From Epiperipatus broadwayi (Eukaryota; Animalia; Onychophora), in assembly GCA_028023455.1 (NCBI GenBank), contig JAQFVV010000008.1, positions 8,370,001 to 8,434,000 on the forward strand: DNA of 64,000 nt, written 5' to 3'. This document shows positions 52,403 to 64,000 of the stretch, piece by piece. The position numbers were made by a program, and so were the translations under genes. A model generated the notes under the pieces. It searched no databases. It saw only the letters and a list, made by a program, of their open reading frames with translations, and was not told where the DNA came from. Position 1 is the first letter of the stretch. Every line of letters begins with the position of its first letter.

Positions 52403-55400
52403 TGTTATGCCTGTATGGTGTGTGTGTTACGTAAGCACGTGAAAGGAAATGTTAGAAGAAATAATTGTATTGTCAGATAAAAACATTAAAATTTCTAGAA
52501 GAGTATTGCTTCTAAAAGCTGCACCTATATATTTGAATCAAGCATATCTTTGTTTAGAGGGATTGTGAATTTTGAAACACAAAATGTGTATTAAATCTTA
52601 TCCTTTGTATGTCACATGCTAAACACCACTAGATGATAAATGTATGAGACTTATTTCCTTGGAATAAACTTTCAATTTTTTCATTTTTTAACTTTATTAT
52701 TAATGTTAAATAAATATATTTTGTCACTAAACTTGTGTTTGTATTATTAACATTTAAGCTTCATGATTGGTACTTTAAATACCTCAGGATATAGCAGAAT
52801 GGCTGCAGTTGACAACTTGTGAAGAACCTGTGTATAAATAGGTGAATGATGCAAGTCAATAGTTGTTAAAGAATTAATGCACAAACAATAAAATAGTGCA
52901 CTCTGACAGTTTTTATAGCCAGTATAAGATAATGGCATCACTAAAAAATAGTATTTTGGAATTCGACATGAATAATGCTCATCACTGAAAAAATATTTTA
53001 AACATGTGAAATATTACATGCTCATAAACAAGAAAAATGAAGTGTTCGGAAATGTCTATGTTTTAATGGTTTACAAGACAGACCAGCAGACAGAAGGAAC
53101 TTCCATATCAAAGATTGATTGAGAAATTGAAATGATATTTTACTTAGAAGCATGACTGAGATTAAAAATAGAAAATAATTACCTCATGAGAAATATGTGG
53201 ATTATGATTTAACATGAATTTTAATGAAGAATTGTGATTTCAGCTTGAAAATTAAAGATTATGTTGATAGACTAATTTTTCTTTGGCACGTTGGACTCTA
53301 ATTTAATGAAAATATTGTTGAGTGAATCTGACTTCAACTATAAATATGCTATAGATAAATTTGTCACAAAAAATCATTCTGAATAATGCTTCAGAATTTG
53401 TATTATCACAACAGCTAAAAAAACATATCTTACAATGCAAAAGGCAAAAAGAAATATGCTCCTGATTTCAGTAGAAAAAAAAAAATGAGGAAACATGTTA
53501 TTGTTGTGGTAAACCAAACACAAAATAAAATATGTAAAAAGTTTATGAAAAAAGGACATTCAGCATCAGTCAAAAGTAAGCAAACATCATACTACAAAAT
53601 TAAGGGAGCAAGAGTGAGAAACATTGTCAATGTAAAGAAATATATTGATACTAAAATGGACTACATACTTCTGGATGTGAATATTTGTGAACAAAGTATA
53701 ACAATGAAGTGGGCAACATAGCAGGTCTTTTGTTGATATCTTATAAAAACTAGTTAATAATCAGAGAACAATATAGTAAGAAGTAAACACTGGTGAATAC
53801 AAATATTATTGCTACAGATATTAATGGAAATAAAATTGATATATATTGGAAAGTAATAAATAATTCCTGATAAATTAAATTTGAAGGTAAAATTTCTTAC
53901 ATTATATATAATTAATAAAAATTAGTCTGTTACTGATTGGGAAAGAAATGGTTTTGACCTTCAAAATTTACATAAATATAATAAAGAGAGTTCAATTGGA
54001 AACTCTAATGTGGAAGGGATATCCTGCAGATGATTTGATAAAGGATACACAGTCCATTGTCTGTAAACCCCACAAGGTTTCAGTTGCTCTGAAAGAGAAG
54101 TTGAAAAAGTTCTCAATGAGATGGTCCAAAAAAAATATTTAAACACCAATGGAAGATTCAGCTTGGACTACACCTGAGATTGTGTGGAAATTATTGAATT
54201 ATGTATATAAGTTTGTGAATAAACGTTTTTACCCTATTCCATGTATATATAAAATAGTAGCATTCTTACAACGAGCTTCATATTTCACAAAGATAGATCT
54301 TAAAGCTGCATTCCACTAGAATCCAGTGACAGAAAAAACTGCAAAGATTAACATTGTTTAAACATAGAGGAATGTATAAATGCAATAAATTGCCATATGA
54401 AATTACAGTAGAATCGAATATCTTCCAGGTGAAAATTTATTCCTTTTCAATCCACGGATGGTGTTATTCCTATTTAGATGATATTCTTGTCATTGCTAAA
54501 TCAGAGTTGGAATTGGAAACGCATGTAGACAAAGTCTGCTCAAAATTAAAAAAATGAAGAGCTAAGATAAATATCGAAAAATGCATCTGTCTATAATAAA
54601 AAATGGAAGTTATCCTAATCCAGACAGAGTGACGGGCTATAAAGAATGCTGTGAGGCCACGAAATGTAAAAAAGTTACTGTATTTTCTAGGACTGTTAAA
54701 CTTCTATGAGAGCTTCTTAAAAGAAAATACACATTTGTTATCACTGTTATATCAACTCTTAAAAAAAAAACAATGAAGGAAATGGATTAGGAAACAGGTT
54801 TTGGCTTTTCAAAAAGCAAAAGATCAACTTTAAAAACACTACAGTAGAGATCTAGAAGTTATAATTACTACAAATGCGTCAGAATACAATGTTGGAGCTG
54901 TCATTTTCTATCCATATTATTCAGGTGAATATCCGATAGCTGATGCCTCAAGAGCAGCTAAAAAAATTATTGCCCAGATTGACAAAGAGGCATTAGTAGT
55001 TATTTTAGCCATAAAGAAATTTCGCCAGTATAACTAAGAGAGGAAATTTCAAATTTGGACAGATCATCATCCGTTAACAGGAATATCTGGCATTGGGAAA
55101 AAAATTCCAAAACATGTTAGTGTCATGATAAAATGGTTTTTCGGTAAAAGAGTAAAACTGAAAAATTAATTCGATAGCAGATAAGAAGCTACAGCTGTAC
55201 TAAAGCTGATTGTTATGTCTGAATGATATGTGTGCTACAAGGATAAAGTCGTTTAAAGAAATAATTGTTATAAAGACAGATTTAGATTTTCAAAAGAGTA
55301 TTATATTTAGCTGAATCAAGCACATCTGTGTTTAAAGTGACTGTGAGTTTTGAAACACAAATCATATATTTAATTTTATCTTATGTGTGACAAGCTAAAC

Positions 55401-55557
55401 ACCACTAGAGGATAATTCTTAGACTCTTGTTTTCTTGGAATAGACTTTCAATTTGTTTAATTTTTTCTTTATTATTATTGTTAAATAAAACTGTGTTTAT
55501 ATAATATTAATATTTAAGATTTGTGACTGCTATTTTAAATACTCTCAGGTCATAGCA
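52403..55557 (+). mobile_element. Ty3/Gypsy element with both LTRs, lacking integrase
   Basis: LTRs 52403-52796 and 55211-55557 both run TGTTATG...ATAGCA and share GCTAAACACCACTAGA. Internal remnants are a gag Zn-knuckle (CYCCGKPN ~53500), RT (FTKIDLKAAF ~54290; YLDDILVIA ~54470) and RNase H (IAQIDKEALVVILAIKKF ~54970-55020). The 3' LTR follows with no integrase or PPT. Confidence 0.85.
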
Positions 55558-55949
55558 CCTTATATTCACTTTAGAAGACAATTATCTTTTTATTATGTAT
55601 TTTCACTTTCCCCATGATAATGGACATTCACAGCAAAGCAAGAAAAAGCTTACAATTATAATTCTATCTTCTTTTTTTTTTTTATAAATTTCTGAACTAT
55701 TCTTTTTTGAAACAACCAATTATTTAATAGATAGTTAATCAAATGGCATACAGATTACAGTGTTTTTCAATTAGTTCAAGGATTATTAGGTTTTTGTTTT
55801 GAGAGATTAAAATAATCATTCTAGAATTGGAAAACATTCTCTTTCTTAATTATTTTTAATTTATTCCAAAACTCTAATTAAAAGGATTTTTTTGTTTTGT
55901 TTCGTTTATCTTCTATTACTATTCTTAATATATCAAATTCTAATTATTT

Positions 55950-57100
55950 TTGTTTACCTTATAATTCTACTTTTAGTACATATCAGTCCTTCCTTGCTAT
56001 TGCATATAAACTATCATTTCACATGGTTTTTCAAATAGTCAAGAGCCTTCATGTTTCTTTTAATTGTTGATAAAGGTCTCTTACACATGTTGGTTTGGTT
56101 GAGTGATTTAGTATACTTGCCCCTGTTTCAAGCATTGAACTTGGTAATTGTTTTAGGATTGATTATAATTGATTATAATTTTTTTTCCCACTTTGTCTGC
56201 TAGGCTCTTGCTTACATTGATGTTTTCTTAACCATTACATGGTTTGTGATGACAGTGGTTGATATGTTCTTTTAATCACATTCTGTTTTCCATTAGTACC
56301 TTCATAATTTATCTGGATAAAGATTTTAATATAATTACTTCAATTCAACTTTGATATAAAATAACCATAAATATACTTTTCTATCTGCTTTCAATCTGTT
56401 TTGTTCTGGATCTAAACACTTCTTATTGAAAAATAACATTTGTTAGTGAATAATAATTTGCATATAACATTTGTTAGTGAACAATAATTTGCAGGAATAT
56501 TCTCAATTACTAGAAATTGGGTATTAGTAGTAAACAGTTTTCTGAATTTCTGCCAAACCATGTAACTCCGGATAGGCAGCATAACTATTTCTTTAATTGG
56601 TATTTTATTAAATATACTTTATAAATTTAATGGAAATAAATCCAGAGTGTGATCAAAAATAATAGTATTTAGCAAACCTTGATAAAAAATTATTTCTCTT
56701 TGTTTATTGTTTTTTTCTAAGTTTGTATTTCTTATTATTTGACATTCGATCCATTGAGAGTAACAAAACAGCCAACATGATTGATAAGAATCAGTTTAGT
56801 TATCTTGGGCTGTGATATACATATATATTTACTTTGGTAGTTTTGCTATAATTTGACAAGGTTTATTTTCAATTTTACTATTGATATTTATTCACTAGAT
56901 ATAGCTTCAAGCTAACATCTTTGTTCTCAATGACTATAATGAAATAGGCTAAGTATTCTCCTATCCAACAATCAATGTTATAATTCATTCATCATTCAGT
57001 ATTCGTTCTTTACATATTACGAGATTTATTCTCACACTCTAAAATATAACCGAGTCTTTAATAATATTACAAGAAAACTACAGCTTAGTACTGTTTTCAA
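55950..57100 (-). mobile_element. Possible decayed LINE remnant
   Basis: Coding-like minus-strand composition with faint endonuclease-like fragments; includes a 31-bp tandem duplication at 56433-56493. Confidence 0.3.
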
Positions 57101-57186
57101 CTGGGTAAGTCATATTCATAGCACTTTTATTAGTCATTCATTAGATTATCCACTTAATGAATAATAAATATTTCTGTAGCATAATT

Positions 57187-57547
57187 TTCACTACACCACT
57201 CTCACACAAGGTAGAGATTGGTTTCTATCCACTTTTAACATCTTTGGAAGACAGGAATCACAAACCATGTGATAAAGATATGATAAAGATATATGTTCCC
57301 CAAAATATACTTATTAATTAAAGTTTGGTAATTGGCTGTCTATATATGCTAAATAATGATAACGATATGTGTAAGAGACTATGATATGGGTCAACTAATG
57401 AGTGCTGGTTCAACACGAAATGTGCATCTTGGGGATCATATATCTTTTTCATATCTATTTGGTCATATTTTTATGATTACACCCTTCCAAAGATGTTAAA
57501 AATGAATAGAAACCAGTCCCTACCTTGCATGAGAGTGATGTAGTGAA
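57187..57547. mobile_element. MITE-like unit with ~125-bp inverted arms
   Basis: TTCACTACACCACTCTCACACAAGGTAGAGATTGGTTTCTAT...TTTTAACATCTTTGGAAG...CCCCAA is mirrored at ~57425-57547, with an ~110-bp spacer. Confidence 0.8.
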
Positions 57548-57569
57548 TATTATTCATTAATGAATAACT

Positions 57570-59000
57570 GAGTCTTTTCTTAGCTGCCTTGCAGGCCAAC
57601 CACTACTTATTTATTTGACATTCTTTATTTTTAATCCAGATAGACTGTATAGTTTGTTTGATCAATGTAATTTACCTTTGTTTTCTAGCAAACTGGATTC
57701 TAATTTATCAGGATGTGAGACAGTATGATTGCATGCTCAATTTGTTTGATCAGAATGTATCAATATAATTTATTTTGGCCTTTAGTTATATGGATTCTAA
57801 TTTATAATGATTTGAGACAATGTGATTTTATGCTCAATTAATTTCCATTGACTAATTTCAATTCATAATTGTATACTAATGCAAAATTTAACCATCATTG
57901 CATATGTGGATTTAAGTGGTCAAGAATTGTTTTTAAACTGATAAATATGACTAAAAGAGACTTATGGACCATCATTAAAATAAAAAATCTGATTGTACAA
58001 GTACTCTTTAATTTCTTTAAGTATTACATTATATGCTGAATGCTTATATTTTGGCTCATCTCTACTGTAAGTTATATGGTTAATATAGCTTCTGTAGCTA
58101 TTTTCAGAAGTGTCCATAATTAATATCACCTCTAGATTGTTATTATAGTGAACAAGCAGCTTGCTTGAAATAAATAGACTTAATTTGGACAAAAATGTTC
58201 TTTTGGTTTTCAGTCTATATTGATTTCATTTTTTTCTAGTTGAGTTCTTCCCTTTAAAAAGGGTTCAAAATAATTCACAAACTCTAAAAAAGATTGAAAC
58301 TCTGTAACTCTAATTGATCTTGGAGCATTTTGAACTGCTTGCACTTTCTCAAAAAATATGTTTTATTTTTTATATAATTATATGCCCCCAAAACTTTAGC
58401 TTTTCAACATTCTATATGCATTTTTTCTCCAAACTTATCTAACTTATGATAAATGATGATTCTGAATTTGCAATAATGATCATGTTATTCAAGTAAGAAG
58501 TAACTCTGACTAGATACATTTGCTTGAAATACATTCTGAACAGTTGTTATATCAAAAGTTAGATGATTACAATAAAACAGTAACATTGTGTGTGTATAGT
58601 ATTGATAATTTTGAAGATCTTTCACATACAGGAATCTGATAAAATGCATTTAAATCTAATTTCAGAATATATAATGAATTTTATAAAAGTGCTTGACATT
58701 TGTTTGCAGTTTTATTTAGTTTAAAACAATTCCTAACTTCCAAAACCACATATACTATGTTGCTTAAATTTTGAATTACCATATGATTATGAATGGAAAT
58801 TATAGAAAAGGGAAAGTTAAGCATGGACCAAACAAATTTTTCCATTAAATGTCAGTATTCCTTTTTGACTAATTTATTAAGTCTCCTTAATTTTCCTTTT
58901 TTAAAAACCAAACAGCATTTTATATGCCTTACAAATGTAATGTTTTGCTCATTGTTTTAGCTCAATTTCTATAGGATTGGTTTTCATTTTTCCTTGTTTT
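57570..59000 (-). mobile_element. Decayed Ty3/Gypsy pol fragment
   Basis: ORF 57962-58192 (KLLVHYNNNLEVILIMDTSENSYRS) matches the RT-RNase H junction, and a GWP motif of the post-RNase H region lies at ~57600. Confidence 0.65.
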
Positions 59001-61308
59001 GTCTTTTAACAAGTAGGCTATCATTTACTCAACATACATAAACAAAATGTTAATTTAATTTGCTTTGTCTTTTTTGAATATAGAGGGGGAGGGGGAATTT
59101 GTTCTATGCATGTGTTTGATATAACATCAGATAGAGAATTTCCTTCCCAAATAAAAACTGCATATATATATAATGTTATTTTTTTAATCAATTTTTTTTA
59201 TCATGTCAAATAAATATTTGGAATTGTATAAGTTTTTGTATAATTAAATGCTGTTGAGATTAAGTTGTGTTCAAATACCAAATAAGTAGAGCCCAACAAT
59301 TCTATTTCATCTGGCAGAAAGTAGAAAAATGATTTGGCTATATTAAAGACATCTGATTAGAACTTTAGAATTATAAATTCCACTTACAAAATATATTTTG
59401 TAATTCCTTGGACCTAATTTACAACAGAAATTTTTTTTTTACATTAATTTAACTCTATAACCTGGATAGAAAATAGCAGTATTATAAAACGAGTCATGAA
59501 TGTTATTCTTATGTATGCATAGTAAAATGTGTATAAAACTGAAACCATATTCATAAATATAGAATATATGTAAAAATTGATTTATAAAAATATCTTTGAA
59601 TTCAAATAAATTAATATATTTTGTATACTATAAAAATATTTGTTTCTTGATACTACATCAAATTATATAACATAGTTTAAAAAAGTGGGTATTATGGTTA
59701 AAATATAAATAAAATGAATGAACAATTAAATATCAAAAAAAAAAGTGACACAGAAAAAAGGATTGTTCAAAACAATAAATCTGATGAAAGTTATAGATAA
59801 ATATATCAAGTGTTTATAAATGAGATAAAAATTTCAAAATACAATTCAAACTTTATTTTGGGACAATTATGAATAGGTCCAAATATCATTTCACTGCCTA
59901 GGTTTCAAAAAATGTTAGACAAAGTATACAAAATGTCACTCACATCACAAGCTAATAGGTCCCCATAGTGAATATATTTATAAAAAAAACTAAAAGTTTA
60001 GGAAATCTTAAAAATACTGATTATTAAAAAAGAATTATGCAATTCCAGTAGTTTTAAACTTTTCTCGAAAAAATGTAATTCAATATAAATAATATGTACA
60101 ACATGCATTCTATGTAAAGCTTGTTCAATACTTTAAAATAAAAATGTTCAACATTTTATGCTGAGCATGCTTTCGACTAACTGATAATCATGCTCATAGC
60201 TATAATTATCCAAGAGGATTGTGAGATTTATAGAAGAATCACAAAAGTATCATATATTGAAAACTTATCTCAAACTTCAGTAGGTACAATACAGCAGATG
60301 CTTTATGACTATAGTACACATATATAAATTAAGATTATAATATAAACAAATTTTTAAAAAATAATTGTTATTAATAATATACTGAGAAAGCATATTTACA
60401 GCACTGTGTACGTGTTCAATCATTCATAATTCTGTTTCATCATAATCAAATACCGGTTTTTAATTTTTTTTTTCTTCAACAATTTTTTAAAATTCTAATG
60501 AAAACGTAGAGGTTGCTTTATGAATAGCAGATGCAGCTTCAGTTATTTTAATATTTCTATGACGGTAGCAATTTCAAAATATATATATCCATCTATTTAC
60601 AATGAATAATTTAGAATTGTGGGATCCAGATTCACAGTTAAATTTTTCATAGAGACTTAAGGTATTTTGATATAAGATTGTCAACCATAATGTACTTACA
60701 ATTCATATCATTTAACCATAAATTTAAGACTTTTTCCATTTCAAACCAAAAAATTAATCCTTACTTTAGTTACTATTTTAGCTGTAATACAGATACAAGT
60801 GAAATGACATGAATCTGCCATTTGTATTTTTTTTGATTGATGACTCATTCTTCTAAAACATAGAATCGATTTCAGAGTATGACTAGTCATCAGTACACCA
60901 AATTTATAGATATAGCTGACTATATACATTTGACACATATACTTTTGATATATTATTAAATTTTAATTAATCTTAATTAATTTTTTAATTATCCATTAAT
61001 AGCTGTGAAATTAAAAATCCATGACTGACAAATAATTTTAAATGAACACAGAGAACCCTAGGCCAGGCAGAAATTGTACAGAACATTTTTGTGAAAGAAA
61101 TCGGGGAGAAGCTTAATGCATTTTCTTCTAATATTTTTATTTCTTAGAGAATTTTTGATCTTTTAACTTATAAAATTAAGTGTGTCAGAAAAAATAATTA
61201 TTAAAAAGATAATTTCAATTACCATAACTGGATTATTTCAAAATAGTTGTAGTTAACAGTTAGTTTTAGTTTCTTTTGTTATTATGATATAATATATAAA
61301 TGAGCCAC

Positions 61309-61467
61309 TTTTTTGACAGGTGGATGCAGAATTCTTTCTTGTTGAAAGTATATATGTTGTTAGTGATGTGTCAGGTCTCTTTAACTTTGCATTTAGCATT
61401 ATTTCTTTTAGAGCAGAAAATCCTGGTGGATGTGAGTTCCAAACTCTGCTCATGTTTAGATTCATGT
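61309..61467 (-). CDS. cdc25: Candidate upstream Cdc25 exon (159 nt)
   Basis: Strong acceptor attttcctcag|AC. Open frame MNLNMSRVWNSHPPGFSALKEIMLNAKLKRPDTSLTTYILSTRKNSASTCQK; KE..KRP..RKNSA resembles the KENE..KKP..RQNSAP segment of Cdc25A. The donor (AAA|gtggct) is weak, and its phase does not match the 16044 exon as assembled. Confidence 0.4.
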
Positions 61468-62224
61468 CTGAGGAAAATATATTAATATTTGTATTAGTCT
61501 TTGCTCGATTGTATTGATATTTGTGCTGCACGATCCTTGTAGAGAAAATGACATGAGATTCTTCAAAATAAACTGTACTGCAGTTTGTGTTGTTGCATAT
61601 AATTTTTACACATAATTTGGGAAATCTGCTATGTTTGTCTGCTTATTTTTTGTGTTGTTAATCGGGTGATTTAGGGCAGAAAAGATGCAAAAACAGCCTC
61701 CAACCAAATTAAAATTTTAACTCTAATAAAAATAAATTTAAAATGATACATACTTTACTGTCAAACTTTTAGATAATCCAGATTTGAAATTGAAAAATAA
61801 ACAATTATATATATCATAATATTTATTTATAACAATGAATATTTAAATCAAGCATTGAAAATTGAAACAAAAAGCGATACAGACAATTCATTCGTTTCCG
61901 GATAATAAAGAAGAGAAGAAAAGAAAATGATTTTTTTTTTTTTAAATAACTTTTTCTTTTAATAAATATTACTATTCTACATTGGAATTGAATTTCAACT
62001 ATATTTGAAAAGTTTAACTTTTCCAAATTAAAATATTAATTTATTCATTTGGAAATTGAAACCTATGGATTAAAAAAGTATTACAAGAAAAATATTTTAA
62101 TTTTCTTCTAAATCTGAAAGAGAATAGTGACATAAAAAAAAACATCTATTTGAGTTATTGGAAACTATTTTAATACATCGTTTTTCTACGTATATAAACA
62201 TATTTAAATTAATTATATATATAT

Positions 62225-64000
62225 TGTGATGATCACACATACTGTGATCACACATGTGTATATTTCATATATATCGTATAATATTAAATATGAGTTTTTT
62301 CTATATGTAAAATAATACTTAGAAAATGTAGAAGAAACGTAGGAAAGAAAGGAAATCTATTTTAAGATTGTGTCTATTCAAATCAAAATTTGTGTAGTTG
62401 AGGAATGTGATTAAAATCAGAATTAATTAAATAAAAGTGAAGAGAGGAAAGCGAACGAGATTCGTATCTTTCACTTTCCAAAGTTAACATTTTGAAATTT
62501 AAGAAATAGTAGAGTTAAGAGAATATTAAAACTGGATCATCTAAGTTGATGATCAAGTCGTAAAAGGAAAACAAATAAAAAAAAAGGTTAAATGATTTTA
62601 GAGTTAACAGTTATAAAATTCGGTTGAAGTTATAAATAAAATAAATAGATTTATAAAAAAGATCGTCTCTTCAAACTACACATTAGAACGTATGAAATAT
62701 ATGTATAGCTATGTAAAGGAAAGAAAGATAGTGTGTAAATAAGAAAATTATTTTATTAAAAGAGAAATGGAAAAGTAACCAAAAACCAATATTATGGAAG
62801 TAAATAAAAAAAAGGGAGAAAATTTATATATTTTATGAGAGAAAGTATAATAAAAGGTGTGAAATGTATCTAATGACATTCCAATAAACAATAAAAGAAG
62901 ATAAGAAAAGGATTCTGGGAAGAGTGACATTAAGAAAGAGTTGAAAAGGGAGACATTTTGTTTTTTTTGGCGAGAGTCTGCTGAGCTGAGATTCAGATTA
63001 GTTTGAGAGCTGTGGTTTTTTTTTTAATATGAACCACACGTACTATAATTGTGAAGCTTCGAGAATGCAGGGATAAGGGCCACAAATGGATGCCAGTTGA
63101 TCCATGCCCACCATGGGTGTAATGCCATCTCACCCATGAAGTAACAGACAGCAGCGATAGCGCCTGCCTGATTGTTCACCTTCCCTGTCATTGAAGCCAC
63201 AAAGAATACGACAGAAATAAGCCGCATGAAAGTACCGAAGCCAGATCCCAAGAACTACTGTCTCTCCAAAAGAAGTGGAATAATCCACATGATGGTTAAC
63301 TAATTATTCATCAACGTCCAGAAGAACCTAGGTAATTAAACTTTAAATATATATCACGCGTGTACACACTTTTCTTAATATGGCCAAAAGAAATTAAAAT
63401 GCAGTTGCAACTGTAAATCTTCGTGAATCAAATAATTAGTAGGTTTTCTTTATCAAATAATACGTGGAGAAAAGGACTCTAATTTCTAGACTATCTACAT
63501 ATATATTAAGAACAATTATTCTTTAGTGTGAAGGGTTAAATTAAATGTAATCTGTATTATTTATTCTAATGATTTCTTATTTTATGTTTTAAATATTATA
63601 TCTTAAGTGTGTATTTTAGTGCAATGTATTAAAAAGTACTTATTAATGAATAGCTCTTTACGTCTCATCTTTCTTTCTTCACCATACCAATTAGAATAAT
63701 ATACCCATAGGGTTTATCAAATAATAAGTTAGATGTTAATTCTAGTAAAAGGTACATGTGTCAATTTAAGTACAGTAACACTAAATCTCATAAAATTTTA
63801 TAAATATTTCAAGCGCTGGATTGTTTTTTTAATTAAATCATTTTTATGAATGGAGTATCCAGCAGCCGAGGAATGGCTGATCGGGAAAAATAACACTGGA
63901 ATAGTGCATTTGTAGTTTTCAGTGTTCGATCAGGAACATAGACCTAAAATAATTAGTTTGTTTGCTTCTTGCTTGACGTGGCAGTGGTGATGAAGAATAA
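62225..64000 (+). other. Unclassified long LTR-like module with a GC-richer island (62980-63330)
   Basis: Starts TGTGATGATCACAC, continues through a purine-rich U3-like region into a GC-richer island and a donor-like CTAG|GTAATT at ~63331. May run past the window end. Confidence 0.35.

Noticed and set aside
61300-61517. Plus-strand hydrophobic ORFs (FLLKVYMLLVMCQV resembles a Bax-inhibitor/TMBIM helix; AG and GT sites present)
   Set aside because: The spacing of the motif is off, no partner exons were seen, and the opposite strand gives a better Cdc25-like reading. Not fully excluded.

Overview
Very AT-rich eukaryotic DNA (roughly 70% A+T by eye), probably from an invertebrate animal; the taxon is inferred. 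Almost the whole window looks like intron of one minus-strand host gene, a Cdc25/string-type M-phase inducer phosphatase. Three internal exons are well supported by GT-AG boundaries, matching phases and Cdc25 motifs: 16044-15925, 13363-13244 and 12923-12671. A fourth upstream exon at 61467-61309 is tentative. I found no catalytic-domain exon, so those exons probably lie left of base 1. The three confident exons are absent from the ORF track, whose entries are mostly spurious or antisense to decayed transposons. The introns are filled with decayed Ty3/Gypsy LTR elements, RTE-type LINEs, three hAT (Buster/Charlie-like) elements with visible 8-bp TSDs, several palindromic or MITE-like units, an ~870-bp foldback, a tRNA-Gly pseudogene lacking its T-arm, and several long LTR-like modules with GC-richer islands. 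The stretch ~40.9-42.0 kb looks like poor-quality assembly. There is no CRISPR array, rRNA or prokaryotic system. I cannot support a claim of a new biological system. The best leads are a repeat whose core is flipped between its two copies, the foldback, and a small hydrophobic ORF in the last LTR-like module. All alignments were done by hand.
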